A stretch of DNA of 64,000 nucleotides, taken from positions 448,073 to 512,072 of the forward strand of contig CAVUJA010000002.1 in the NCBI GenBank assembly GCA_963741715.1. Direction: 5' to 3'. The translations under genes and the position numbers were made by a program. Positions 31,390 to 41,189 of this stretch are shown in pieces. Below the pieces are notes generated by a model. The model saw only the letters and a list, made by a program, of their open reading frames with translations, was not told the DNA's origin and made no database searches. Numbering within the stretch: the first letter of the stretch is position 1; each line of letters starts with the position of its first letter. The DNA comes from an uncultured Acidobacteriota bacterium. Its GTDB lineage: Bacteria; Acidobacteriota; Vicinamibacteria; Vicinamibacterales; Fen-181.

Positions 31390-32663
31390 GGCAGGCGGAC
31401 CTTTCGCCGCGCCTTGCCGTCCGCCGACCGGCTCTCCAAGGCGGCATACGACGCGAAATGCGCTGCCTTCCGCGCCATCGGGCTCATGTCCTCGCCGAAT
31501 TGGGCGGCGTCGGCGCGCAGCCGGCGGACGATGCCCGCCAGTTCACCGTCGCGGCCGGCGTACCGCGCGATGCGCGCCGCAGTCGCCTCGAGGAGCGCGC
31601 GCGCCTTCCCGAACTCGCCTGCCCGGTTGAGGGCCACGGCCTCATGCCGCGCCCGGGCGGCATAGAGCGCCGCCACGGCCCGGTCCACCGTGCGGTCGCG
31701 ACGCGCGCCGTGAATGCCTGCCTCGTCCGCGCCGGTCCAGGTCGCGCCCTGCGGCGGCGACGCCAGCACGCCGTCGCGGTCGGCCAGCGTGATGCGCACG
31801 CCCGCGGCCTGGCCGAGGGGTATGGCCGGGACGTCCACGCGGATGACCACCTCGAGCTCCTGCCCGGAGACGGGATCGCCCAGGCCGATGCGGATCCCGC
31901 CGTCGGTCGCGCACGAGTCTAGGCGTGTGAGCGGCGCGGCTCGCATGCCGGCCGGAAGCTGCACCGCCAGGTTCGCGTCGCGCGCGACGACCTCGAGGGC
32001 CTCGCCCAGCTCGCTCGTCAGCAGGTCGGGGATCTGGGCCGGCGACTCGATGAGGTAGAAGTGCCCGCCGCTCTGCTCGGCCAGCTGCTGCAGCAGGTCC
32101 TCGTCGAAGTCCGCGCCCACGCCGAACGTGGACGTCACGATGTGCCGGGGGCGGAGCGACGCGGCCCGTGCCGCCAACGCCGCGGCGTCCGTGACGCCGA
32201 CGTTGGCGAGGCCGTCGGTAAGCAGCAAACACCGCCCTGCCGGCTCCTCTGCCAGGTGCGGCGCCACCTGTTCGCAGCCGGCCATCCAGCCACCCGCCAG
32301 GTCCGTGGAGCCACGCGCGTCGATCTCCTCCAGGCTTCGGACCGCGTGACGCCTGGCTTCTGCCGACGCGCTCGTGGACTCGACGACGACGTCCACGCGG
32401 TCGTCGTATGCGACCAGCGCGAACCGGTCGTCCGAACGGAGCATCCCGAGGGCCTGCGTCACGGCCTCGCGGGCCAGCCTGATCTTGCTGCCGCCCATCG
32501 ACCCCGAGCGGTCAAGGGCGAACGCGACGTGAATCGACGGCCGACCCGCCGTCCGCGGCGCGTCGGGAGCGGTCAGTGTCAGCAGGAGGTGTCGGGTCGC
32601 CGGCGAGCCGGCGCGAACTACAGAGACGTCGGTGCGAAGTGAGAGCGGCGTTAGGTGGTCCAT
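31386..32663 (-). CDS. vWA-domain protein
   Basis: MIDAS DRSGSM, GSTDL..G, LLTDGLAN, FGVG; stop overlaps the ERCC4 start. Confidence 0.9.
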   Translation of the reverse strand: MDHLTPLSLRTDVSVVRAGSPATRHLLLTLTAPDAPRTAGRPSIHVAFALDRSGSMGGSKIRLAREAVTQALGMLRSDDRFALVAYDDRVDVVVESTSASAEARRHAVRSLEEIDARGSTDLAGGWMAGCEQVAPHLAEEPAGRCLLLTDGLANVGVTDAAALAARAASLRPRHIVTSTFGVGADFDEDLLQQLAEQSGGHFYLIESPAQIPDLLTSELGEALEVVARDANLAVQLPAGMRAAPLTRLDSCATDGGIRIGLGDPVSGQELEVVIRVDVPAIPLGQAAGVRITLADRDGVLASPPQGATWTGADEAGIHGARRDRTVDRAVAALYAARARHEAVALNRAGEFGKARALLEATAARIARYAGRDGELAGIVRRLRADAAQFGEDMSPMARKAAHFASYAALESRSADGKARRKVRLP

Positions 32664-32669
32664 GCCGAC

Positions 32670-32701
32670 AGCGTAAACGGGCGCTGTGACAGGGCAGGTC
32701 A
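32670..32701 (-). promoter_or_regulatory. Putative WYL box plus -10
   Basis: TGACCTGCCCTGTCA-N11-TACGCT; ATG follows after 6 nt. Confidence 0.7.
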
Positions 32702-33008
32702 CACGCGGGAGACCGCATGGCGTGGATCTCAGGGTCACGCCCGAGCCCAACGACGGAACCGGATCGACGGAGAGGAGTCGACGCAGATGCCGGGCGCTGT
32801 CGGACCCCACTCCAGTAGATATCCGGTCCTCGCAATCACGACAGTGACCGGATGACTTCGCCCGGACGTTGGCCCTCGTTGAGATTGGACCTCTCCTGTC
32901 ATAGCCACCACAGACAATCGGCGTTGTCGCGCTCCCGTCCGGCGCACCTCGCCGTTCAGGGCTGCGGTCACCGCGTCTCGTGCAACCGCTCATTCAAGAA
33001 AGGTCGTC

Positions 33009-33981
33009 ATGTCAAAACACATCGGCGCATTCCTACTCTTGCTGGTTCTCGCCGCTTGCGGCGGCGGGAACGGCACGGCCACCTCGCCGTCGCCGACCCC
33101 AACTCCCACGACGCCAACCGTGACGACATTCTCCCTGACCGGTCAGGTGACCGATGGCGCGACCTCGGCCGCGATCTCGGGCGCCACGGTCTCGATTGGT
33201 GACGGGGTGAACTCCGGAAAGTCGACGACTACCAGTCCGGCGGGGACGTACGCCTTCTCCGCATTGCAGCAGGCAGGCTTCACCCTCACCGTCTCGGCAA
33301 CCGACTATGTCTCGACCTCCAAGGGCGTGACCCTCACGTCCAACCAGACGGTGTCCTTCCAGTTGGTGCGGGCAGGCCCGCGCACGACCTTCGGAGCGGG
33401 TCAGTATCTCGTGGGGACCGACATCGCGGCCGGCCGCTACTTCAGCGCCCCGTCCAATGGGTGTTACTGGGAACGGCAGTCCGGTCTCGGCGGAACGCTA
33501 GGCGAGATCATCGCCAACGACTTTATCGGCTTCAACGCCGCCCAGTGGATCGTGGACATCCGTTCCTCCGACCGCGCCTTCAAGACGGATGCCGACTGCG
33601 GCACGTGGTACAACACGCCTCGGCAAGGGGCGCAGGCGTCCATCCCTCCGGGAGTCTGGCTCGTTGGATCTCAGAATCACGCCGGGCACCTACCGCGCGA
33701 CTGTCGAATCCGGCTGCTACTGGGAGCGGCTGCGGGACTTCACCGGGACGCTGTCAGGAATCATCGCCAACGACTTCATCTCGTCGGCGGGTTCGCAGCT
33801 GGTATCCATCTCCGCTGGCGACGTGGGCTTCTCCAACGACGCCGACTGCGGAACCTGGACGCGGGTGAGCGGCCTGACGGCAAATGAGATACCAGTTGTC
33901 TCGGGCACTCCCGTCGAGGGCAACTGGCTTCAGAGCCGGGCGCGCAAGGCCGGGGCGATCGGCGGAGCGAGGCTTCGGTAG
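33009..33981 (+). CDS. Lipoprotein with carboxypeptidase-regulatory-like domain and duplicated GCYWER repeat (frameshift near 33675)
   Basis: Lipobox LAAC; two repeats of G.Y...GCYWER......IIANDF...DADCGTW. Confidence 0.75.
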
Positions 33982-34199
33982 GTCGGGGCCGCATCCAACA
34001 GGGTGTTGCGAGAGTGGGACCGGGTCTACGACCGCGCGCCGTAGGCTCGGCCCTCCCGAGGTCAGGGCCCGGGTCCTGGGTGCCCGCTGCGAGAGGAACA
34101 TGCGAATCCCGGAGCGCCCTCCGTTCCAGCGGGATCCCCTCGATCCCCGGCCGCCTCGTCGGCGGCGCGCTCGGAGAAGATCGCGCGGGCGTTGCGGCG

Positions 34200-35447
34200 T
34201 CAAGCGAGGCCCGCGCGAATGTCGTTGACTATGGAGGCCCTGACAACCTCGTCGGTGACACCCGCACCGCGGTTTGAGTAGTGCATCACTCTGTGCGGCC
34301 GTGGACCCGCGGGAATCAGATTCCGACGTTGCAGGATCGTCACCAGGTCAGTTGAAGCACTTCCAACCGTGAAGATGGTCCTCGGCGACACCTGGTGGAT
34401 CTCCCAAGCGAGGACATCGGCCCATGCGACGGCCAACTCCTTCTTGTCGCGGGTGTTGAAGTCTCCCACCACGTCCGCTTCTTTGATGACGTTGGTGATA
34501 TAGCACCGCCAGCCACCCGACTCCAGAGGAGCCGTTGTCTTGAGGCCCAGTTCGCACAGGGCCGGTCGGAACCGCTTCACGCAGTTGCTCGCCACGCCCC
34601 CGCACCATTGATCCTCTATCGTCGGTGCCGCTCCGCTGATCGTGCGCACGTGGGCCTTCTCGACGCCAGCCAGGCTCGGGTTCTCGCAGATGAACATGAC
34701 GTCGGACGGCACTTGTCCGAGCGCACCATAGAGCCACGGGAACTCACTGATCTGGCGCTGTGCGTGTTTCGCCCCCATCTCCACAAGCCGCGCGTTGATC
34801 TTGCTCCGCAGGACATCGAAATGCGTCAATTGCAGACCGTCGGGTACGAACGGTGGCGTGCTTACGCTGCCCGGCGCTGACCTGGTCTCAACATGCTCAA
34901 CTGGAGTTTGATAAGGACGCTCGCCCGTCCGGGCTGTCACGATAGGCCCAGCGCCGGGCGCAGCGCTTCCAACCGGTTGACCGGCCCGGTCGTACCCGAC
35001 GCAAGATTCGGCAGGTGCGTCTGCCTGATGACGACCGGCGTTGTAATCCCTCCGGGTGGAGGCAATGTAGTCGTGGTGCAGCGCATAGTCAGACCTTGAA
35101 TTGGGAATCTCAACGGTCCACAGGACGCACAGCGTGCCGTCCGTGAAGTGCCAATGCCGGTTCTGCTCGTAGAGCCAGTTCTGGTAGATGGCAATCGGGA
35201 GGCCGGTGAAGTCTCCGAACTTCCAACTGGTGCTCTCCAGCCAAGACTTGACCTTCAGAGCGGCTGTCCGAGCGATTGGAATGGCTCGTCGGATCTGTTG
35301 CGGTGATGACAGGTCCAGGTGGTTCACCGCGAGCCCTGCCGCACGTATCGCCTCAAGCCCCCCGCTCGCTGCAAAGGGTATCGACATGACTCCCCTCCCT
35401 GCCGTGTGGCGCCCCAGAATTTTCGATGTGCTACCGCTCCTGACCAC
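34200..35447 (-). CDS. Protein with C-terminal uracil-DNA-glycosylase-like domain
   Basis: VMFICENPS, YITNVIKE, EI..VSP..IFTVG, MHYS. Confidence 0.6.
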   Translation of the reverse strand: MVRSGSTSKILGRHTAGRGVMSIPFAASGGLEAIRAAGLAVNHLDLSSPQQIRRAIPIARTAALKVKSWLESTSWKFGDFTGLPIAIYQNWLYEQNRHWHFTDGTLCVLWTVEIPNSRSDYALHHDYIASTRRDYNAGRHQADAPAESCVGYDRAGQPVGSAAPGAGPIVTARTGERPYQTPVEHVETRSAPGSVSTPPFVPDGLQLTHFDVLRSKINARLVEMGAKHAQRQISEFPWLYGALGQVPSDVMFICENPSLAGVEKAHVRTISGAAPTIEDQWCGGVASNCVKRFRPALCELGLKTTAPLESGGWRCYITNVIKEADVVGDFNTRDKKELAVAWADVLAWEIHQVSPRTIFTVGSASTDLVTILQRRNLIPAGPRPHRVMHYSNRGAGVTDEVVRASIVNDIRAGLA

Positions 35448-35484
35448 CCGTGAAAGGTGGCGCAGTCGTAGAACGCTAGTTCTG

Positions 35485-35760
35485 CTATGTCACTGCCACG
35501 CTCCGGCTGCATCGCAGTACCGAGACAAACCGTGCGAAGAACTCCCGAAGTACCTCAACGTCTTCAGGATGTTCTTGCAGCGAGTGCACCCAGCCGTGGA
35601 CGGACATCGGGTCCGCAGCGATTGCCACCACAGACTGCCGCGGCGCGCCCTGAATTGTCATGATTCCGTGCGCATAGCGATTCAGTGCCCCGTTGTGGCG
35701 CGTGCAGAACGCGATGTCCTCGGAGACTCGCGAACCGTAGATCAACTCAATCGCTTGCAC
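35485..35760 (-). CDS. Hypothetical protein
   Basis: GGGAGGG RBS; downstream of the box at 35884. Confidence 0.4.
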   Translation of the reverse strand: MQAIELIYGSRVSEDIAFCTRHNGALNRYAHGIMTIQGAPRQSVVAIAADPMSVHGWVHSLQEHPEDVEVLREFFARFVSVLRCSRSVAVT

Positions 35761-35866
35761 TGAAATGCCCTCCCTGTTCCCAGACCTGGCGGCGCAACCA
35801 CGATCGACAGGCTCGTGCGGGGACCGCCAACGTCGGCGCGGCCGCGATCCCGCAGATTCTACCTGA

Positions 35867-35898
35867 AGGATACCGGCCAGGCATGACGGGTGAGGTCA
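35867..35898 (-). promoter_or_regulatory. Putative WYL box plus -10
   Basis: TGACCTCACCCGTCA-N11-TATCCT. Confidence 0.65.
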
Positions 35899-35929
35899 AG
35901 CTGCCGCACCCGAACGTGCGACGTCTAGC

Positions 35930-37165
35930 TCAGAGCGTCGACTCCCGTTCTGCAGGGGATCGCCAGCCCGCAAACTGGCGAAGCGCATCGGTTCCACCGA
36001 GCATCTCGCGAGCGACCTCGAGTCTCGTCATCACGCGGTTCCGCTCCTCGTCATCGAGGCGCGTGGCTCGCGCATCCGCGTCGCCGAAGAAATCCTCCAC
36101 ACGCCGGGCAAGGGCCCATCGCTCGATGATCGCCATCAGTTCTTCCCGGCTGGCCCTGACCGCTTCAGCCCGACGCCGCTCCAGTTCGCGTTTCTCCCTC
36201 TCGAGCGATTCCGCGATCCAGCGCTGTCGTTGCGCCTCCGCTGCCCGTTCCGCCTCTTCGAGCGTCGCCTGAATCGTCGGCGTGGCGTCGCGGAGCTCCC
36301 TACGGACCGTTCGGAAGCGATGGCAAAGCTCGCCTGGATTGGTCTCCCGCCATTCCTTCCGCCACGTCACCTGGCCGTAGGGAGCAAAGGCCCGCAGCAC
36401 GAGACGACCGGTCGGCATGTAGGCGTGGGTTGTCCAATCCGGCAGGCGGCGCCCCTTCAGCTTGATGGCCTCGGTCAGTCGCACGTACGTTCCGTTGAGG
36501 GACATGACCTCGACGCGCTCGCTCGCTTCGAACAGCGTCAGGCCAAAGGCGAGCTTGCCGACGAAGGTAACCGTCAGTCGGCACGGCCGCCAGGTGTCGC
36601 GATAGTCGTCCGGCCAACGAGGTGTGCCCTCGAGGAGAACGTGCGGGCGGTGTCCGAAGGCGTTATCCAGCCTGACCGGACAGTGGTGGGCTTCGAGGAA
36701 CACGAACAAGGCGCTGGCGGTGTCGATCGCTCGGGACAGCATCGGGCTGGAGACGACGATGTCTGGGAGGACGCGTTTCGCCGGCCGCAGGTAGCCGGTG
36801 TGGGTGACCTTGCCGCCTTCGTAGAGTTCAGCGACGGCTCGCAGCAGCGGGTGGTGAAGCGGGCGTGGTCCCGCTTCCGTCGCGTCTCGCTCAGCGACGT
36901 CACTCTTGCGAACGGGGAGTTGGCCAGCGACCGTGTCGCCCTTCGTCCACGCGCCGGGCAGGCCCGGATGCGCAGGGAGAAGTCGAGGAACAGCTGGGTC
37001 TTGCCCAGCGGCGACCTTCGCCCAATAGCCGCGCGGTGGACACGGGATCGCCAACGCGTCACATACGCGTTTCAGGTAGTTGGACGACACCTCGTACTTC
37101 CGGGCTACCGTCGTCATCGGCTCGGCCCAGATTTCCTGATGAAGGTCATTGCGGGAAACGGTCAT
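35930..37165 (-). CDS. Island-type hypothetical protein with N-terminal HTH-like region
   Basis: SRNDLHQEIWAEPMTTVARKYEVSSNYLKRVC...PPRGYWAK. Confidence 0.75.
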   Translation of the reverse strand: MTVSRNDLHQEIWAEPMTTVARKYEVSSNYLKRVCDALAIPCPPRGYWAKVAAGQDPAVPRLLPAHPGLPGAWTKGDTVAGQLPVRKSDVAERDATEAGPRPLHHPLLRAVAELYEGGKVTHTGYLRPAKRVLPDIVVSSPMLSRAIDTASALFVFLEAHHCPVRLDNAFGHRPHVLLEGTPRWPDDYRDTWRPCRLTVTFVGKLAFGLTLFEASERVEVMSLNGTYVRLTEAIKLKGRRLPDWTTHAYMPTGRLVLRAFAPYGQVTWRKEWRETNPGELCHRFRTVRRELRDATPTIQATLEEAERAAEAQRQRWIAESLEREKRELERRRAEAVRASREELMAIIERWALARRVEDFFGDADARATRLDDEERNRVMTRLEVAREMLGGTDALRQFAGWRSPAERESTL

Positions 37166-37228
37166 GCGCGGATGGTAGCTCGCCTTGAAGGCTGCGAGAC
37201 ACGTGCCTTAAGTTGTGCTATTCTGTAT

Positions 37229-37247
37229 TTGCGAATCGCGAATACTG
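37229..37247. promoter_or_regulatory. Inverted-repeat operator upstream of antitoxin-like gene
   Basis: TATTTGCGA-A-TCGCGAATA, approximate coordinates. Confidence 0.45.
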
Positions 37248-37248
37248 A

Positions 37249-37812
37249 ATGCCCCAACCCACTCTCCGTCCGCAGGACGTCCTGGTTCTCGCGAAATTGC
37301 TGAGCTACCGCGGGCCTCGCCCGCCGATGGCCCAGATGGGCATCGACCTGTCGATCAGCTCCTCCGAAGTTCATGCCGCTCTGAAGCGCCTCGTGCTGTC
37401 GCGTCTCGTGTCGAGTGGTGACACCGGCAACCGACCGCTGCTCGAGCCCGTCCAGGAGTTCCTCGTCCATGGCCTGAGATACGCGTTTCCCGCGAAGCGA
37501 GGAGAAGTGACGCGCGGCGTGGCCACCTCATATGCGGCACCGCCGCTGAACAAACAGATCCAGGCCGGCTCCGACTTGCCGCCCGTCTGGCCGTTTCCCG
37601 AGGGGCAGCATCGAGGCGTCACGCTCGAACCACTGTACCGAACGGTTCCCGCTGCAGCGCTCCGCGATCCGTTCCTGTACGAGCTGTTGTCTCTCATCGA
37701 TGCGCTTCGAGACGGTCGCGCTCGGGAACGAAAGCTCGCTGAACGCGAACTGGTCCACCGGCTTCGAGACCATGAACAACCCGAACCTGAGTCTGCTCGA
37801 AGCCGCGGTTAG
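37249..37812 (+). CDS. wHTH protein, probable antitoxin
   Basis: LRPQDVLVL..L, LSISSSEVHAALKRL; overlaps the downstream NTase gene. Confidence 0.7.
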   Translation: MPQPTLRPQDVLVLAKLLSYRGPRPPMAQMGIDLSISSSEVHAALKRLVLSRLVSSGDTGNRPLLEPVQEFLVHGLRYAFPAKRGEVTRGVATSYAAPPLNKQIQAGSDLPPVWPFPEGQHRGVTLEPLYRTVPAAALRDPFLYELLSLIDALRDGRARERKLAERELVHRLRDHEQPEPESARSRG

Positions 37813-38470
37813 GCTCCTCGAGCCGCTCCTTGACGACCTAGTGTTCGTCGGCGGCTGTGCTACGGGACTCCTCATCACCGATCCGGCAGCGGAGGGCGTT
37901 CGGCCCACGACCGATGTGGACACCATCGTCGAGGTCACGTCGTATGGCGAGTACGTCACCTTGTCAGAACGGTTGCGCGCCTTGAAGCTGCGCGAAGATC
38001 ACAGCGAGAACGCGCCGACCTGCCGGTGGCGACATGGAGACCTGGCGATCGATGTGATGCCGACGGATGAGCGCATTCTCGGCTTCAGCAATCGCTTCTA
38101 CAAACCCGCAATTGCGTCGGCACAGCGCATCCAGATCGCGGGCCTGCGGATTCGGCTCATTACGCCGGTCTACTTTGTTGCGACAAAACTGGATGCCTTC
38201 AGGGGTCGCGGCAACGACGACTACAGCGGCAGCCACGATCTGGAAGACGTGATTGCGGTTATCGACGGCCGTCCCGAGATCGTCGAGGACGTTCACACGG
38301 CCCCGTTTGACGTCCGCGACTATGTTGCGTCCGAAATCCGGCAGTTACTGGCCACGGGTCGCTTTATCGGCGCCCTCCCTGGATTCCTCCTGCCCGATCC
38401 TGCCACTCAGCAACGGCTGCCTCTTCTGCTGGGTCGACTGGCGGCCCTTGCCGGGCTGGGCCCTTCATAA
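37772..38470 (+). CDS. Nucleotidyltransferase (AbiEii-like) toxin candidate
   Basis: FVGGCA...RPTTDVD, TKLDAF..RG, SHDLED. Confidence 0.75.
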   Translation: MNNPNLSLLEAAVRLLEPLLDDLVFVGGCATGLLITDPAAEGVRPTTDVDTIVEVTSYGEYVTLSERLRALKLREDHSENAPTCRWRHGDLAIDVMPTDERILGFSNRFYKPAIASAQRIQIAGLRIRLITPVYFVATKLDAFRGRGNDDYSGSHDLEDVIAVIDGRPEIVEDVHTAPFDVRDYVASEIRQLLATGRFIGALPGFLLPDPATQQRLPLLLGRLAALAGLGPS

Positions 38471-38703
38471 CAGACGAACGCGCGTCCCGCCGTCCGTGCG
38501 GGCGACCCAGCGCGGGCTCCCCGCGGTGAATCCACGCCTTGAGCACCAGCAGGCCTTCTTTGGTTCACGCAGCTTCGACCAGTCAATCTAGTCGTGCCAT
38601 ACTACGACACACAATCGCTCACAACAGCCGCGCCCCGACCCGGCACACAGCAAACTCCTGCGCGCATCCTGCGGTTAGACGGAAGACCGCGACACCATCA
38701 TTA

Positions 38704-38732
38704 TTGCACGATAACATGCGTCATGTTACTGT
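38704..38732 (+). promoter_or_regulatory. Promoter with overlapping palindromic operator
   Basis: TTGCAC-N17-TACTGT; TAACATG-cgt-CATGTTA at 38712-38728. Confidence 0.55.
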
Positions 38733-38759
38733 GTATGAGACGTGTTACAACGATCAACT

Positions 38760-39755
38760 ATGAACGCCGGAATGGAAGCTGCCGTGCAGCGGTACCTCCA
38801 CGACATCTTGGGCGTGCTTCCCAACCTGCGGCCCTGGCCCGGCCAGCGCAAACTGCCCTACTTCCTGCAGGAAGCGTACGACCTTCGTGAGTTGCGGTTA
38901 TGGGACCGCCCGCTCCTGCTCGCCATCGACCGCCAGAAGGGCAAGCCCGGCCTCGCGAACGCACGCGGCCACTTGGACAAGATCCGGGCGATTGCGGGGC
39001 ACCCAGTCGTTTACGTCACCGAAGTGCTGGCTTCCTACGAGAGGCGGCATCTGATCGCCAAGAAGGTGCCGTTTATCGTGCCCGGCAACCAACTGTTCCT
39101 GCCGGAACTCGGCGTCGACCTGAGAGAGTACTTTCGAGGACGAGCACCAACGGCTGACGCTCTCTTGAGTCCAGCAACACAGGCCATACTCATCGCCACC
39201 CTGCTGCGAGTCCCGTGGCAAGTGGACTGGCAACCGGCGGCAGTCGTCGCTGAACTGGCCTATACGCCGATGACGCTCTCGCGCGTGGTGAGGGAACTCG
39301 TGTCGGCCGGCTTGGCGACGGTGCAGAACGAAGGCAAGGCGCGGTGGATCCGAATGGCGCACTCCGCTGCCGACACGTGGGAACGAGCAAGGCCTCTGCT
39401 GCGCAGCCCCATGAAGCGACTCGTATGGGTGCCGACTTCTCCGACGGTACTGCTGCCTGGAGTTCGTTTGGCGGGTCTGAGCGCATTGGCTCATCTGTCG
39501 ATGCTCGCTGACCCACCATGGCCCACGTACGCACTGAGCCCGTCGCAGTGGACGGCCGTGAGACAAGCGCGCGTTGAGACGTTGCGCGTGCAGATGCCGG
39601 GTGCGTGCGAGTGGCAGTTGTGGCACTACAATCCGGCGCTTGTGTCGAACAGCGAGACCGTTGACCCGCTGTCCCTGACGCTCAGCCTGCAGGATGAGGC
39701 CGATGAGCGTGTGCAGAAGGCGCTCGGCGAGCTACGAGGGACGTTCCCATGGTGA
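38760..39755 (+). CDS. Antitoxin-like protein with wHTH
   Basis: VPFIVPGNQLFLP, YTPMTLSR, AGLSAL..LSML, VDPLSL. Confidence 0.7.
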   Translation: MNAGMEAAVQRYLHDILGVLPNLRPWPGQRKLPYFLQEAYDLRELRLWDRPLLLAIDRQKGKPGLANARGHLDKIRAIAGHPVVYVTEVLASYERRHLIAKKVPFIVPGNQLFLPELGVDLREYFRGRAPTADALLSPATQAILIATLLRVPWQVDWQPAAVVAELAYTPMTLSRVVRELVSAGLATVQNEGKARWIRMAHSAADTWERARPLLRSPMKRLVWVPTSPTVLLPGVRLAGLSALAHLSMLADPPWPTYALSPSQWTAVRQARVETLRVQMPGACEWQLWHYNPALVSNSETVDPLSLTLSLQDEADERVQKALGELRGTFPW

Positions 39756-40513
39756 AGGGCCTCGATGTGTTCCGGCAGCATTTCGCTGGCTGCGCCGACC
39801 AATACGTGCTAATCGGCGGAACGGCCGCGACTCTCGCGATGGAAGATGCCGGGCTCGATTTCCGCGCCACGAAAGACCTCGACATTGTGCTTCACATCGA
39901 GGCGCTGAACGCCGCGTTCGGCACCGCCTTTTGGGCATTCGTTGAGCAGGGGCGCTACGCGATCCGACAGGCAAGCGATACCGGCAGGCCGGTGCACTAC
40001 CGGTTCAGCAAGCCCGAGGATGATCGCTTTCCGGCGATGTTGGAGTTGTTCTGCCGGGCACCGCATGACATCGCCTTACGCGACGGCAGCCACCTGACGC
40101 CGATTCCGACCAACGAGGCGGTCGCCAGCCTTTCCGCGATCTTGCTCGACGATGAGTACTACGAGTTCATCATGTCCGGTCGCCGAGAATCCGAAGGCCT
40201 GTCATGGGTCGGAGAGGACCGACTGATTGCGCTGAAGGCCAGCGCCTGGCTGGACCTCACTGCTCGGCAGGCCAGAGGCGAGGCGGTAGACAACAAGGAC
40301 GTTCGCAAGCACGCGAACGACGTGATCCGGCTGTCGCAGTTGTTGACGCCGGACCTTCGGGTGCCGCGTGCGGCAAAAATCGCAGACGATCTGAATCGGT
40401 TTCTCGATGGCCTCGCAGCTGATCGCTCCTTCGATCCGCAATCACTGAAGATCGCGAGCACCATCGAAGTAATCATCGAACGGATTGCCTTGGCCTACGA
40501 CCTGAAGCGATGA
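39749..40513 (+). CDS. Nucleotidyltransferase (AbiEii-like) toxin candidate
   Basis: VLIGGTA...RATKDLD, LKA.AWLDL, KH.ND. Confidence 0.75.
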   Translation: MVKGLDVFRQHFAGCADQYVLIGGTAATLAMEDAGLDFRATKDLDIVLHIEALNAAFGTAFWAFVEQGRYAIRQASDTGRPVHYRFSKPEDDRFPAMLELFCRAPHDIALRDGSHLTPIPTNEAVASLSAILLDDEYYEFIMSGRRESEGLSWVGEDRLIALKASAWLDLTARQARGEAVDNKDVRKHANDVIRLSQLLTPDLRVPRAAKIADDLNRFLDGLAADRSFDPQSLKIASTIEVIIERIALAYDLKR

Positions 40514-40790
40514 CACACCTGAGTGCGGGTGGTATTCGCCATGCCCTGGCTGCAACTGGACGCAGGCCATCCGTTCCCCTTCATCTCGAGGCGGCGGGAT
40601 AGAAGGTGAATGCCCGTATTCATTGGCCAGAATCGTCGTCTTCGGCCCCATGGGCCAGAGTGCGTCTCGACACCCTGACGGCTAACGTGAGGACTGGGTT
40701 TGAAGTTTGGGCCAGTGTTTACGGGGGTGAGTCGTTGGTGCGCGTTTGAAACTTGGAGACATCGTCGGGGCGACCTCGGTCAGTCCGCCG

Positions 40791-40968
40791 CCGTCTCCAC
40801 AATGTCTCCACAACGGAGGTCGATTCCAGAGGCCGTCAGAGGACGCCGGTGGACGCCGAGACGGGCGGGAAGTCGCTGTCTAACAAGCACTTAGAACCAG
40901 AAGTCGCACGCCATCAATGGGTTACCGGAAACGTGCTCCTTAGATTTCGACTCCCGCCGCCTCCACCA
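40791..40968 (+). repeat. attR-like site: GTCTCCAC arm repeats plus a copy of the ssrA 3' end (40946-40968)
   Basis: TTCGACTCCCGCCGCCTCCACCA matches 6498-6520 at 22/23; upstream part resembles 47800-47976. Confidence 0.85.
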
Positions 40969-41160
40969 CAACTCTCTTACTGCCAGTGGTTTAGCGATCC
41001 GTCCTCCGACTGAAAAGAACCTGAACCAGATTCCGAACGGCGGGCTCAAAGCAACGGGGGCTCGGACCAGCGCCAAGCTCGGCGGTCACGCCCGCCGAAA
41101 AGCTGACACGAATCTCACAAATAAGCGTTAAGCTTGTATCGCTTACTTATCAAGACTCCT

Positions 41161-41177
41161 AGTAAGCAATGCTTACT
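41161..41177. promoter_or_regulatory. Palindromic operator upstream of Fic gene
   Basis: AGTAAGCA-A-TGCTTACT. Confidence 0.5.
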
Positions 41178-41189
41178 TGTGAGGTCCTC

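Noticed and set aside
40891..40968. ssrA-end repeat as the serine recombinase attR (would give tail ...WWRRRESKSKEHVSGNPLMACDFWF; 47953 would give ...WWRRRELNSKGEVPVTC)
   Set aside because: Neither site has an arm complementary to attL 6521-6538 and the tails have no domain features; they look like tyrosine-integrase scars
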